A DNA stretch of 64,000 bases, taken from NCBI RefSeq assembly GCF_049446155.1, contig NZ_JBMSEE010000005.1, positions 140,315-204,314 on the forward strand, in the 5' to 3' direction. A program made the position numbers and the translations under genes. Source of the stretch: Caldimonas sp. KR1-144. GTDB taxonomy: Bacteria > Pseudomonadota > Gammaproteobacteria > Burkholderiales > Burkholderiaceae_C. The first letter of the stretch is position 1; each line of letters opens with the position of its first letter. The notes under the pieces are model-generated. The model saw nothing but the letters and a program-made list of their open reading frames with translations, ran no database searches and was not told the DNA's origin. This document shows, in pieces, positions 45,538-58,474 of the stretch.

Positions 45538-45949
45538 GCTTCGCTCCACGCAAGGGCCGGGCCGCGCGAGCCCCGCGGCGCCGACATCAACCCGCCCTGA
45601 AGGGTGCTTGGTAACCCGCCGGCGATCATGCGCCGATGCGCCGGGTTGTCAACACGCGGCAGCGGGGGACGGGCTCAGGCGAGGTCGTACGTCGTGCGCA
45701 GGTCGTTGACGATCGCGCGGAACTCGGCCTGGCCCTGCGGCCAGTGCATGAAGCCGGTCTGGAACGCGACGATGTCCCAGTTGCGTCCGCGGACATCGCG
45801 CTCGTGGAGCCTCGGCACGGCGATGCGAAGCGTGAACGAAGGATCCTGCGCGATGGCGTCGCGCAGCATCGGCACCGCGCGCAGGCGCTGTTCGACCAGG
45901 CTGGCGAGCAGCTGCGCCTGCAGAGCTTGCTTCGCGCAGGCCGGCTGGG

Positions 45950-46174
45950 TCACTTGAGACGCTCGACCAGCTGCTTGCAGATGTTGTCGCCGGTCGTCGT
46001 CAGACGCAGCCAGCCGCCGCACCACTCCAGCCAGTTCAGGGCCACATAGTCCTCGATGTAGCCTTCGGCGATATCGCCGGCACGACGTCGCGCCAGCAGA
46101 TCAACCGTGCCGGGAAGAGCGTCGCGCAGCGTTTCGCGGCGCAACGCGGGGGAGAGATGCAAAGCGGCTGTCAT
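45950..46174 (-). CDS. small hypothetical protein (74 aa)
   Basis: GGAG SD. Lies downstream of the hemerythrin gene. Confidence 0.35.
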   Translation of the reverse strand: MTAALHLSPALRRETLRDALPGTVDLLARRRAGDIAEGYIEDYVALNWLEWCGGWLRLTTTGDNICKQLVERLK

Positions 46175-46267
46175 GTGGGGCTCCGGTGGCGAGAACCACG
46201 ATACACCCATGCCGGGGCATACCTGTGCCGACGCGATGGACATTCGATCGGCGCTCGAGACACCTCA

Positions 46268-46762
46268 TCAGCCCGACTGGCCCGCCGGCGCCGGAGAACA
46301 GCTGCCCGAGCCGCAGCCGCTGATCGGCGCCTCGGGCAGCAGCTCGGGGCGAGCGAGCTCGCCCGAGGCGGCGTCGAAGCCGACGCTGCGCAGGTGCAGC
46401 GCCAGCGCGGCGTCCATGGTCTGCGCATGCTGCGGGAACCACTGCGCCAGCTCACCGGCCATCTGCCGGATCACGTCGAGCCGGCCCGCGCGGCCCAGTT
46501 CCAGCCCCTCGCGCATCACGCGCAGCACCACGCCGTGCTGCGTGGTGTGGCAGTTGACCGAGCTGAAGCCGGTCTCGCGCATCCACCGGTCTTCCTGGCC
46601 GAAGTGGTGGTCGGTGTGGTCGATGAGCGCGGCCCAGGCGGCGATCAAGGTGTCGTCGGCCGCGCGCGCGACGATCGAAAGCAGGTCAACGAACTCGCGG
46701 TGCGTGTCGTCCATGGCGGGCAGTTGCAGGGCGAGCGCGTCGGTCCAGGTCAGTTCGGTCAT
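46268..46762 (-). CDS. bacteriohemerythrin-like protein
   Basis: H-x3-E and H-x3-H iron ligand spacing (HREFVDLL, HTDHHFGQED). Cys-rich tail. Confidence 0.7.
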   Translation of the reverse strand: MTELTWTDALALQLPAMDDTHREFVDLLSIVARAADDTLIAAWAALIDHTDHHFGQEDRWMRETGFSSVNCHTTQHGVVLRVMREGLELGRAGRLDVIRQMAGELAQWFPQHAQTMDAALALHLRSVGFDAASGELARPELLPEAPISGCGSGSCSPAPAGQSG

Positions 46763-48027
46763 GGCAGCAGTTCTCTCGGGGTGGGTCGCGGCTCGCGCAC
46801 GCGGGTGGCGCCGCCTTCGGTGAGCTGGCGCGCGACGAAGCGCTTCACGAGCCCGCTGAACAGCGGCATCTGCTCGCTGGCATCCATCACCAGCCGGCGC
46901 GCCATGCGAGCGAGCGGCCGGTCATCGGTGAACAGCGAGACGACCGCGTTGGTGCCGGCATACAGCGGCCACGTGCGGCGCCAATGCGCGCGCTCGAAGG
47001 CCTGCAGGGCCGCAGGGTCGCCGAGGTCGCGGCCTGCGCGGCGCGCCGCCGCAAGCTCGCGCGCCAGGGCCTCCACGCCATGCAGGCCGAGGTTCCAGCC
47101 CTGAGCGGTGACCGGGTGCATGCCGACCGCGGCATCGCCGATCAACGCAAAGCGGCGCGCGACGAAACGCTGCGCATGCACACCCACGAGCGGGTAGTGG
47201 TGGCGCGCGCCGACGAGCGCGAGCCGGCCCAGCCGATGCGCCGCCTGCGCTTCGACACGCGCCGCGAACTCGGCGTCGGGCAAGTCCAGCCATTCGGGCG
47301 CCGCATCGCTGGCCACGGTGAGCACCACCGAGCTGCGCTGACCGCTCATCGGCAACAGCGCCAGGGTGTTGCCGTAGCGAAAGCATTCCCAGGCGATGCC
47401 GTCGTGCGGCCGCTCGTGCTCGACGCAAGCCAGGATCACGCTGCGGCCGAAGTCGCGCATTGACGCGCCGATGCCGGCCAGGCGGCGGGTCGGCGAGAAG
47501 CGGCTGTCGGCCGCCACGACGAGCGCGGCGTCGAAGCGTCGGCCATCGGCCAGGCGCACCCCGGCACGCTGCGCATCCAGGTGCAGCGAGGCGACCTGCG
47601 CGCCGCCGTGCACGCGCACCTGCGCGCGCGAGCTCGCGGCAGCGAACGCCGCGGCGCGGATGTGACGATTGGCCACCAGCCAGCCCAGCGGTCCGTCCGT
47701 GCCGGGCCGCGGCGTGAAGCGCAGCGGCTGCTGGCGCCCATCGCCATCGAGCACGCGCGCCTCGTGCAGCGGCGCGATGGCCTGTGCCGGCAGGCGCGAC
47801 CACAGTCCCAGCTCGGTCATCAGCCGGCGCGAGCGATAGGTCAGTGCGATCTCGCGGCCGTCATCGGCCGGCGCTTCCAGCGCGGCCAACGCTTGCTGCT
47901 CGAAGACGTCGACCTGCAGGCCCGCATCGGCCAACGCACAGGCGAGCGCCAGCGCCGCCGGGCCGGCGCCGACGACGAGCACGTCGGCGGGGGCAGGGGA
48001 CGATGGCGTTGCTCGCATCGTGCGCAT
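46759..48027 (-). CDS. FAD-dependent monooxygenase (UbiH/UbiF/VisC family)
   Basis: VLVVGAGPAALALA FAD fingerprint. GD and DAAVGMHP motifs. Confidence 0.8.
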   Translation of the reverse strand: MRTMRATPSSPAPADVLVVGAGPAALALACALADAGLQVDVFEQQALAALEAPADDGREIALTYRSRRLMTELGLWSRLPAQAIAPLHEARVLDGDGRQQPLRFTPRPGTDGPLGWLVANRHIRAAAFAAASSRAQVRVHGGAQVASLHLDAQRAGVRLADGRRFDAALVVAADSRFSPTRRLAGIGASMRDFGRSVILACVEHERPHDGIAWECFRYGNTLALLPMSGQRSSVVLTVASDAAPEWLDLPDAEFAARVEAQAAHRLGRLALVGARHHYPLVGVHAQRFVARRFALIGDAAVGMHPVTAQGWNLGLHGVEALARELAAARRAGRDLGDPAALQAFERAHWRRTWPLYAGTNAVVSLFTDDRPLARMARRLVMDASEQMPLFSGLVKRFVARQLTEGGATRVREPRPTPRELLP

Positions 48028-48183
48028 CCTGCAGAAGGCCGCGCCCGCGCGCCTTGACGCCGGTCATGCATCGGCGACTCCGGAGGCCGGCGACTGCCAT
48101 CACGCCGAACCCTGAGCTGGCTCAAGTCCGCGCGGTGCGCGGCGCCCTAGCATCCGCGCCCCTGCCGGCTGTGGACCCGACCC

Positions 48184-48981
48184 GTGCCCATTGAACTCTT
48201 TCGCCATCGCGACCATGCCTGCCTGATGTTCTGCGACCTGATGGACGAAGGCCACGAGGCCGTGCAGTCCAACCAGTTCCTCGTCATCGACCATGGCGCG
48301 GGCGCGATCATCGACCCCGGCGGCAACATCGCCTTCAACGAACTGTTTGTCGGCATGACGCGGCACTTCTCGCCGCACAGGCTCAGCTACCTGCTCGCCT
48401 CGCACGCCGATCCGGACATCATCGCCTCGCTCGATCGCTGGCTCACGTCAACATCGGCGAAGCTGGTGATCTCGCGCGTGTGGGAGCGCTTCGTTCCGCA
48501 CTTCGCCAAGAGCGGCAAGACGCTCGAGCGCGTGATCGGCGTGCCGGACGCCGGCGGCCGACTGCCGCTGGGCGAGAGCGAGCTGTGGCTGCTGCCCGCG
48601 CACTTCCTTCACTCGGAAGGCAACTTCCACTTCTACGATCCGGTCAGCCGCATCCTGTTCACGGGCGACCTTGGGGTTTCGCTCACCAGCGGCGCGAAGG
48701 CGAAGACGGCGGTTCGCGACCTCGCTGCGCACATTCCGCTGATGGAAGGCTTCCACCGCCGCTACATGGTGTCGAACAAGGTGCTGCGCCTGTGGGCGCG
48801 CATGGCGCGGCGACTGGACATTGCGATGCTGGTGCCGCAGCACGGCGCGCCGATCGAGGGCAGGGCGGCGATTGCCGACTTCTTCGACTGGGTCGAGCAG
48901 TTGCAGTGTGGCGTTGATCTGCTCGATCAGGGAGCGTATCGGCTGCCGGAGGCGGCGATCCACCCGCCGGCACGGCGGTAG
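48184..48981 (+). CDS. MBL-fold metallo-hydrolase
   Basis: HxHxDH-type motif SHADPDII. GTG start. Confidence 0.7.
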   Translation: MPIELFRHRDHACLMFCDLMDEGHEAVQSNQFLVIDHGAGAIIDPGGNIAFNELFVGMTRHFSPHRLSYLLASHADPDIIASLDRWLTSTSAKLVISRVWERFVPHFAKSGKTLERVIGVPDAGGRLPLGESELWLLPAHFLHSEGNFHFYDPVSRILFTGDLGVSLTSGAKAKTAVRDLAAHIPLMEGFHRRYMVSNKVLRLWARMARRLDIAMLVPQHGAPIEGRAAIADFFDWVEQLQCGVDLLDQGAYRLPEAAIHPPARR

Positions 48982-49004
48982 GGAAGGGATCGTCCCGAGA
49001 ACCG

Positions 49005-49412
49005 TCACGGGTGTTCAGGAAGTTTGGCCAACGCTTCGATCTCGATGAGCGTGTCGCGCGATGCCAGCGAGGCCACGCCGATGCCCGTCAAGGCAGGGCG
49101 GACCGCAGCAAAGTGGCGAGCGAGCACCGGCACGATCTGCGACATGCCGTCGGCCAGTTCGCCGCGGACATACACGCGCAGCTGCAAAACGTCTTCGAGC
49201 GAGGCGTCGGCCTCTTTCAGCACCGTGGCCAGGTGCTCGATCGCGCCTTCGGCCTGACCGGCGAGCGTGGCATGTCGGACACGCGACTCGCGGTCCCAGT
49301 CGACCTGGCCCGATACGAAGACGAATCCCGACGCCAGGTCCACCTTGGCTTGCGACATGCCGACGGGTGCGCCGTCATAAAGGCCGGGGGGATTGACCAG
49401 CTTCGTGCCCAT
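49005..49412 (-). CDS. ridA: RidA/YjgF family protein
   Basis: 135 aa. NPPGLYDGAPVG...VQLRVYV. Confidence 0.85.
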   Translation of the reverse strand: MGTKLVNPPGLYDGAPVGMSQAKVDLASGFVFVSGQVDWDRESRVRHATLAGQAEGAIEHLATVLKEADASLEDVLQLRVYVRGELADGMSQIVPVLARHFAAVRPALTGIGVASLASRDTLIEIEALAKLPEHP

Positions 49413-49493
49413 GCACAGTCCCATGCTGAGTTGCGATGCTCGACAGCTTAGGAACGGCCCGAGCCGCGCACCATGTCGGCACGCTTGTAGCGG

Positions 49494-50399
49494 TCACAAG
49501 CGCCGCTCGCTTGCTGCACCGAACCTTGTGCGTACGTGGTCGAGCACCCAGGTCAGCAGCGGGTCGGACATCGCCAGCGGATGGTAGGCCGCAACCACCT
49601 GGAAGCCGGGCGGATGCTTCTCGAGTGGCACCTCGAACAGCCCGTCGCAAGGCAGCAGCCGCGACGGCATGAAGGCCACCATGTCGGTCTGCCGCAGGTA
49701 CTCGAGCGCCATGAAGAACGACGGCACCGACACCACCACGCGGCGCCGCAGGCCCTGCTGCTCGAACCAGCTTCCCGCCGAGCCGTCAAAGCCGGGCACG
49801 GCCGGGGACACGACGAGGAAGTCATGGGCCACGAGCGATTCCAAGGACAGTTCGCCGCGCCCTTCGCTCAGCGGCCTGGCGGCGACGCACACGTACCTCT
49901 CGGTGAAGAGCGGGATCGAGAGCAGGCCTTCGGGCACATAGCCGTTCGACGTGAAGGCCACGTCGATTTCACCCTCCTGCATCCGACGGACCAAGCCGGC
50001 GCTCTCGATGTTGGAGATCTTCACCTTGACCCGCGGCGCCGCGCGGCGAAGTTCGCGAACCAGGTCGCCGACGATGATGCGTTGCGCATGATCCGTGGCC
50101 GAGATGGCCAAGCTGCGCTCGATGTCCTCCAGCGGAGCCGACGTCGGCATCGGCATGGCGTGGATCAGCGCCAGTAACTGGCGGACATGGGGCTGTATCA
50201 GCTGACCATAAGCCGTCGGTACCATGCCGCGACCCGTGCGTACGAACAGCGGGTCGCCAAGAATCGCTCTGATTCGCTTGAGCTGCAGGCTCACGGCTTG
50301 CTGCGAGACATCGAGCGCCTCGGCCGCCGCCGACACGGTCCTTTGCTCATACAGGGCGCTGAGCGTCCGGAGATGGTTGAGTTCCAGCTTGTCGATCAT
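49494..50399 (-). CDS. LysR-family transcriptional regulator
   Basis: MIDKLELNHLRTLSALYEQRTVSAAAEALDVSQQAVSLQLKRIR. Confidence 0.8.
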   Translation of the reverse strand: MIDKLELNHLRTLSALYEQRTVSAAAEALDVSQQAVSLQLKRIRAILGDPLFVRTGRGMVPTAYGQLIQPHVRQLLALIHAMPMPTSAPLEDIERSLAISATDHAQRIIVGDLVRELRRAAPRVKVKISNIESAGLVRRMQEGEIDVAFTSNGYVPEGLLSIPLFTERYVCVAARPLSEGRGELSLESLVAHDFLVVSPAVPGFDGSAGSWFEQQGLRRRVVVSVPSFFMALEYLRQTDMVAFMPSRLLPCDGLFEVPLEKHPPGFQVVAAYHPLAMSDPLLTWVLDHVRTRFGAASERRL

Positions 50400-50558
50400 C
50401 TCTGAGCCATTTGCACCCACCCTAGACACGAGCGTTGAATCCCGCCGCAGCGCTACCCCGGCCGGCCAGTCGCGGAAATCTACAACGCAGGGCGCCACAG
50501 TTGCGGCTTGGCCCCTGACGGCAGATCGACGCGTTGCGGTCGAGCAAGCGCCCGGCAC

Positions 50559-52274
50559 CTACGCCGACAGCGTGTAGCGCCGCTCGATCGCCGCGCGCAG
50601 CAGGCTGCGCGCGCGCTGCGGATTCACGTCCGCCAGCGCCTCGATGCGCCGCACCTCCTCGGCCAGCGTGTCGTCCTTGATGCCGGTGGCGATCCAGCGC
50701 GAGACGTCGCCGCGCCGGAAGTGGTGTTCCCACACTTCGTCGCCCACACCGTCGGCCATCTCCATGAACATCAACAGGTTCTGCGCGCGCAGGTTGAGCT
50801 TGTCCTGGGGTCCACGGAAGTAGAAGCAGCGGTCCGGCGGCAGCTCGCCCTCGACGTATTTGCGCGTGTGCCGGCGATGCTCGGTGCGCGTCGGGTGCGG
50901 TCTTGCGCGCATCGGGCCCGCGCCGTCGTCAGGCCGCCAGAAGAGGATCTCGCCGCGCTCGATCGCCGCGTCTTCGTCGTCGAGCGCCAGAGGCCGCCCG
51001 GTGGCCCGGGCGAGCTGGCGCAGGTTCTCGGCCGGCTGCTCGCCGACGACGACCACGGTGTCGACCCACCGCAGCGCCGCTTCGGCGACCAGGTCGGGGT
51101 GGACGGTGACCAGCACGGCCGCAGGCAGCCGCTGCGGCAGCACCGACTCGAGCGACTGCTGCGACGCCGCCGGGAACAGGTGATGGACTTCGTCGATGAA
51201 GATCCAGTGCGGATGGCCCGTCTGCGCGCGCTGTGCCGCGAGGCGCGGCAGCAGCTCCAGAAAGAATGCGGGCCGGTCATGCAGGCGCATGCCCAACAGG
51301 TTCAACACGGCGTTCTCGCCGCGCTTGAACAGCTGCATCGCCTCGTCGGCACCGACGGCGCGTTGCGGATGGCCCAGCGTCACCGCCGCCTCGAGCCCTT
51401 CATAGTCGCCCTCGGGATCGATGACCGCAAAGCTGTAGCCGTGCGCGGCAATGCGCTCGAGCAGCCCCTTGGCCACCGTCGACTTGCCGCTGCCGGACGT
51501 GCCGGCGATGAGCACGCAGGAACGTCCCGGATCGACGGCCAGCGCGTGCCCGTCGGCGGCGTCGGCAAAGGGGACGAGGCGCCGGGACAGCCCGGCCGAT
51601 CGGCGCCGGAGGTCGTCGCCGACGAGCTCGTCGATCAGCTCCGCGACGCCCGCGCCGTGATCGCCGGTGGTCACGAGATCGGCCTTCTCCTTCAGCGACG
51701 GCAGCGCGTTGGCCACGGCCACAGAGCACTCGCACAGTGCGAGGAAGGCGTGGTCGTTCTCGGCATCGCCGATGCCTACGGCATTGCGCGCCGAAAGCCC
51801 GATCTCATCGAGCGCCGCCACCAGCCCGCTGGCTTTGTTCACGCCTGCTGGCAGGATCATCACGGCGCCCTTGTTGAAGATGACCTGCAGTTCGAGGCCG
51901 AGCTCCTGGATCGCCTGCAGCACCGCGACGTCGTGGGGCCGCCACGTCGCGACGATGCTTCGCCCCACCGACAGCGGCGCCACGCCGCGCTCGCGCAGCA
52001 GCTCTATCAAGGGCTGCGACGGCTCGTCGGCCAGGGGCCGCTCCTCGTCCGTGGCCGGGGTGTAGAGCAAGGCGCCGTTTTCGGCCACGACTTTGTCGAA
52101 CAGGTCCAGCCGCGGCAGCGCGGTCTTCAGGTCGGGCAGCTCGCGCCCGGTGACCAGCAGGAGCCGGCGTCCGGATTGGCGCACGCGCTCGAGCGCAGCT
52201 AGCGTCGCCTCGTCGACCACGCCATGGTGGGCGATCGTGCCGTCATAGTCGCAACACAGGGCAAGGTAGCGCAT
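50559..52274 (-). CDS. HAD-IIB phosphatase domain fused to HerA/DUF87-like P-loop ATPase
   Basis: N-terminal DYDGT HAD motif (LCCDYDGTIAHHG) and GDAEND. Central Walker A LIAGTSGSGKST with IDPEGDYEG. Walker B IFIDEVHH. Confidence 0.7.
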   Translation of the reverse strand: MRYLALCCDYDGTIAHHGVVDEATLAALERVRQSGRRLLLVTGRELPDLKTALPRLDLFDKVVAENGALLYTPATDEERPLADEPSQPLIELLRERGVAPLSVGRSIVATWRPHDVAVLQAIQELGLELQVIFNKGAVMILPAGVNKASGLVAALDEIGLSARNAVGIGDAENDHAFLALCECSVAVANALPSLKEKADLVTTGDHGAGVAELIDELVGDDLRRRSAGLSRRLVPFADAADGHALAVDPGRSCVLIAGTSGSGKSTVAKGLLERIAAHGYSFAVIDPEGDYEGLEAAVTLGHPQRAVGADEAMQLFKRGENAVLNLLGMRLHDRPAFFLELLPRLAAQRAQTGHPHWIFIDEVHHLFPAASQQSLESVLPQRLPAAVLVTVHPDLVAEAALRWVDTVVVVGEQPAENLRQLARATGRPLALDDEDAAIERGEILFWRPDDGAGPMRARPHPTRTEHRRHTRKYVEGELPPDRCFYFRGPQDKLNLRAQNLLMFMEMADGVGDEVWEHHFRRGDVSRWIATGIKDDTLAEEVRRIEALADVNPQRARSLLRAAIERRYTLSA

Positions 52275-52368
52275 CGCGGTGCCCGCATGCGGCACGCCGT
52301 GGCGCCGCGCTGTCGGCCGCAGCAATCGACGTGCCGTCGAAGGCTGCGTGCCGCCACGCGGCCCCGAC

Positions 52369-52935
52369 TCATCGCCGGCTCAGCCATCCCCAGCCCAGCG
52401 ATGCGAGCCCCATCGCGATGTAGGCGAAGGCGCCAAACGCAATGGAGAACTTCAGCGTCGCGCAGAACGTGGCCAGTTGCGGCCACGGCGAGCCGAACGA
52501 TCCCGACAGCATGCGCAGCATCGCGACGTTCTCCACGGCATCCAGCGCACCGGCCAGAAGAATGGCCCACGCGATCATGATCCCGTAGGCCTTCATCGGG
52601 CCTGAAGTCGCTTCCGAGATCATCGTGCAGGCCAGCGACAGCGTGAGCGCGCAGGCGGTGAGAAACGCGAAGTCGAGCAAGGTCTGCCTTCGCACCGATG
52701 CCACCCCGTCGACGCCGAGTCGCTCGACGATCCACCGTGCATGGGCCGACGTGCCCGGCGCTTCGAGCGAGATCACGCCGAAAGGCAATCGCTCGTCCGA
52801 GAGCCGGCCAATCTCCAACAGGTAGCGCGCCAGAAGAATCGTGGCGATCAGCAGGCCTATGCAAAGCGAGGCCTGCAGCAGGCGGGGCCAGCCGGCAAAC
52901 GGCGCGGCGATGCCGAAGCTGGATTCACTCAACAC
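52369..52935 (-). CDS. hypothetical integral membrane protein
   Basis: 5-6 hydrophobic helices. Upstream of the HAD-ATPase gene. Confidence 0.5.
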   Translation of the reverse strand: MLSESSFGIAAPFAGWPRLLQASLCIGLLIATILLARYLLEIGRLSDERLPFGVISLEAPGTSAHARWIVERLGVDGVASVRRQTLLDFAFLTACALTLSLACTMISEATSGPMKAYGIMIAWAILLAGALDAVENVAMLRMLSGSFGSPWPQLATFCATLKFSIAFGAFAYIAMGLASLGWGWLSRR

Positions 52936-53031
52936 GCGCTTCTCCGGGAGGGGAATCCGATGGCCGCCCCGATGGCCGACGATACGGTTGATGCCGACGA
53001 TCGCAACTTCCGGGTGGTCGATCAGGGACGG

Positions 53032-55539
<2,508 letters not shown>

Positions 55540-55647
55540 TCACCGGGCCCAAGCGCTAGCCACGGCCCCTTAAGAAACGTCAAAGCGGGCGCTGACGCCC
55601 GCTGTTCGATCGGAAGCGGGCAGCGTCCCGGCCCGCCTTGATCCGCG

Positions 55648-56754
55648 TCAGATGCGCATCGGCATCACGACGTACTTGAACCCGCCTTGTTCCGGCACCG
55701 TCACCAGCGCCGAGCTGTTGGCGTCCTGCAGCGACAGGCCCACCATCTCCTGGTCCATGTTGGCCAGCGCGTCCATCAGGTAGGTCACGTTGAAGCCGAT
55801 CTCGATCGCGTCGCCGTTGTAGTCGATCTCGAGCTCTTCCTTGGCCTCTTCCTGTTCGGCGTTGCTGGAGGCGATGCGCAGCACGCCGGGCTCGAAGTTG
55901 AGCCGCACGCCCTTGAACTTCTCGCTCGTCAGGATGGCCGCGCGCTGCAGGCTGGACAGCAGGGCGACGCGGCCCACCGACAGGTGGTTCTTGTGGTTCT
56001 TGGGGATCACGCGGTTGTAGTCGGGGAACTTGCCCTCGACCAGCTTGGTGACGAACTCCAGCCCCGCGAACGCGAACTTGGCCTGGTTGCCGGCGAAGCG
56101 CATCTCGATCGGCGAGTCGTCGTCCTTGAGCAGGCGCTGCAGCTCGAGCACGGTCTTGCGCGGCAGGATCACGTCCTGCTTGGGCATCTCGACGTCGAGC
56201 GTGGCCTGCGCGAGCGCGAGGCGGTGGCCGTCGGTGGCCACGAGCGTGAGCGTCTTGCCCTCGGCGACGAACAGGATGCCGTTGAGGTAGTAGCGGATGT
56301 CGTGCACCGCCATCGCGAAGTGCACCTGGTTGATGAGGCTCTTGAGCGTCTTCTGCGGCACGCTGAACGCGGGGCCGAAGTCGGCGGCCTCCTGCACCAG
56401 CGGAAAGTCGTCGGCCGGCAGCGTTTGAAGCGTGAAGCGGCTCTTGCCGCCGGTGAGCGTGAGCTTGCTCTGGTTGGAGCTCAGGCTCACGGTCTGGTCG
56501 GCCGGCAGGGTGCGCAGGATGTCGATCAGCTTGCGCGCGCCGACCGTGGTGCTGAAGTTGCCCGTGTCGCCGTCGAACTCGGCACGCGTGCGCACCTGGA
56601 TCTCGAGGTCGCTGGTCGTGAACTCGACCTGATCGCCGAGCTTGCGCAGCAGCACGTTGGCCAGCACCGGCAAGGTGTGCCGCCGTTCGACGATGCCGGC
56701 CACCGCCTGCAGCGCGCTCAGCAGTTTTTCCTGCGTGCCTTTCAACACAATCAT
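55648..56754 (-). CDS. dnaN: DNA polymerase III beta sliding clamp
   Basis: 368 aa. MIVLKGTQEKLLSALQAVAGIVERRHTLPVL. Confidence 0.95.
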   Translation of the reverse strand: MIVLKGTQEKLLSALQAVAGIVERRHTLPVLANVLLRKLGDQVEFTTSDLEIQVRTRAEFDGDTGNFSTTVGARKLIDILRTLPADQTVSLSSNQSKLTLTGGKSRFTLQTLPADDFPLVQEAADFGPAFSVPQKTLKSLINQVHFAMAVHDIRYYLNGILFVAEGKTLTLVATDGHRLALAQATLDVEMPKQDVILPRKTVLELQRLLKDDDSPIEMRFAGNQAKFAFAGLEFVTKLVEGKFPDYNRVIPKNHKNHLSVGRVALLSSLQRAAILTSEKFKGVRLNFEPGVLRIASSNAEQEEAKEELEIDYNGDAIEIGFNVTYLMDALANMDQEMVGLSLQDANSSALVTVPEQGGFKYVVMPMRI

Positions 56755-56798
56755 GTCAGCCTCTTAAAGGTGGTCGTTGTAGTGGAGGGCGGCCTGTC

Positions 56799-56955
56799 TT
56801 GTGGACAAGGCCATTTTCACCTGATTCGGCAAGGGCTTAGCGTCGGGGCAGCCCTGTGGAACGAGGCCTGGGACAAGTGCTCGCGAAACTGAGCAACTTT
56901 GCGTTGGCGTCGATCGCTGTGGACAACGCAAGCCTTGTTCCTGTTTTGTTCACAG
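56799..56955. promoter_or_regulatory. cluster of DnaA boxes (TTGTCCACA x2, TTGTTCACA, TGTGGAAC) in lower-GC dnaA-dnaN spacer; oriC candidate
   Basis: Boxes at about 56799-56808, 56865-56872, 56917-56925 and 56947-56955. Confidence 0.5.
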
Positions 56956-56998
56956 ACTTGTCACTTGACGGGAAAAGGGCGCGCGTGCTCGGCTTCGA

Positions 56999-58396
56999 TC
57001 AGCCCTTGAGCGTTTGCTCGAGCACGTGCAGCTGCTGGTTCAGTTCGGTGTTCTTCTGGCGCTCGCCGCCGATCTTGCGAACCGCGTGCAGCACGGTGGT
57101 GTGGTCGCGCCCGCCGAACAGCTCGCCGATCTCGGGCAGGCTCTTTTGCGTCAGCTCCTTGGCGAGGTACATCGCGATCTGGCGCGGGCGGGCGATCGAG
57201 GCGGGCCGCTTCTTGGAGTACATGTCGGCGACCTTGATCTTGTAGAAGTCGGCGCAGGTCTTCTGGATGTTCTCGACCGAGATCTGGCGGTTCTGGATCG
57301 ACAGCAGGTCCTTGAGCGCCTCGCGCGCCAGCGCGATGTTGATGTCCTTCTGGCTGAAGCGCGCGTAGGCCAGCACCTTGCGCAGCGCGCCGGCGAGTTC
57401 GCGCACGTTGGCGCGCACGTTCTTGGCGACGAAGAAGGCCACGTCCTCGGGCATCACCGCACCCTCGGCCTCGGCCTTCTTGATCAGGATCGCGACGCGC
57501 ATCTCCAGCTCGGGCGGCTCGATCGCCACCGTGAGGCCGGCGTCAAAGCGGCTGGTCAGGCGTTCGTCGATGTCAGCGAGACCCTTGGGGTAGGTGTCGC
57601 TGGTCATGATGATGTGCGCCTTCTTGGCCAGCAGCGCCTCGAAGGCGTTGAAGAACTCCTCCTGCGTGCGCTCCTTGCCGGCGAAGAACTGCACATCGTC
57701 GATCAGCAGCAGGTCGAGCGAGTGGTACTTGGCCTTGAGCTCGTCGAAGGTCTTGCGCTGGTAGTTCTTCACCACGTCGGTGATGAACTGCTCGGCGTGC
57801 AGGTAGAGCACGCGCGCGTCGGGGCGGTCGCGCAGCAGCGCGTTGCCCACGGCATGGATCAGATGGGTCTTGCCGAGGCCGACGCCGCCGTAGATGAACA
57901 GGGGGTTGTACATCGCACCCGGCGCGCCGGCGACGTGCAGCGCGGCGGTGCGCGCCATCTGGTTGGCACGCCCGGGCACCAGGGTGTCGAAGGTCAGCGA
58001 GGGGTCGAGCCGGTGCTTGGCCGCGGCCGGCGGTGGCAGCTCGACGATTGCCTGCGCCGCGGTGCTCGGCGAACTGGCAGAGCCGTTGACGGCGACCGCG
58101 GACGTGCGCGGCGGCAGCGCCCGCACCGCCGCGCCGGTGTCGCGCGGGGCCAGGGCGAGTTCGAGGCGTACCGGCTTGCCGGCCAGTTCGGCCAGCACGG
58201 CTTCGATGCGAGGGGCGTACTGCGAGCGGATCCAGTCGAGCGTGAAACGGCTGGGCACGCGCAGCGTGACCACCGTCGACTCGTCTCGCTCGGCCAGTGT
58301 GGCCGCGGGCAGCGGACGGATCCAGGTGTTGAATTGCTGTTCGGGTAACTCGGCAGCCAGGCGGTCGCGGCCCCGCTGCCAGAGATCGGCGCTCAT
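56999..58396 (-). CDS. dnaA: chromosomal replication initiator DnaA
   Basis: AAA+ motifs [10 protein letters not shown] and LLIDDVQF. C-terminal DnaA-box binding domain. ATG giving MSADLWQ is chosen over the upstream TTG. Confidence 0.95.
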   Translation of the reverse strand: MSADLWQRGRDRLAAELPEQQFNTWIRPLPAATLAERDESTVVTLRVPSRFTLDWIRSQYAPRIEAVLAELAGKPVRLELALAPRDTGAAVRALPPRTSAVAVNGSASSPSTAAQAIVELPPPAAAKHRLDPSLTFDTLVPGRANQMARTAALHVAGAPGAMYNPLFIYGGVGLGKTHLIHAVGNALLRDRPDARVLYLHAEQFITDVVKNYQRKTFDELKAKYHSLDLLLIDDVQFFAGKERTQEEFFNAFEALLAKKAHIIMTSDTYPKGLADIDERLTSRFDAGLTVAIEPPELEMRVAILIKKAEAEGAVMPEDVAFFVAKNVRANVRELAGALRKVLAYARFSQKDINIALAREALKDLLSIQNRQISVENIQKTCADFYKIKVADMYSKKRPASIARPRQIAMYLAKELTQKSLPEIGELFGGRDHTTVLHAVRKIGGERQKNTELNQQLHVLEQTLKG

Positions 58397-58403
58397 GTTC
58401 TGT

Positions 58404-58474
58404 TTTGTGGACAAGATCTATCGAGCGGCCGGATTCTACGCAGGAGAAGGTCCGCGAAGCGAGGGTTATCCACA
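58404..58474. promoter_or_regulatory. DnaA boxes in dnaA upstream region (TTGTCCACA; perfect TTATCCACA at 58466-58474)
   Basis: Seen directly. Confidence 0.5.

Noticed and set aside
45675-46025. 116-aa minus-strand ORF overlapping the 74-aa small ORF
   Set aside because: No RBS and an unconvincing start. Overlaps a better-supported small ORF (GGAG SD). Left uncalled.
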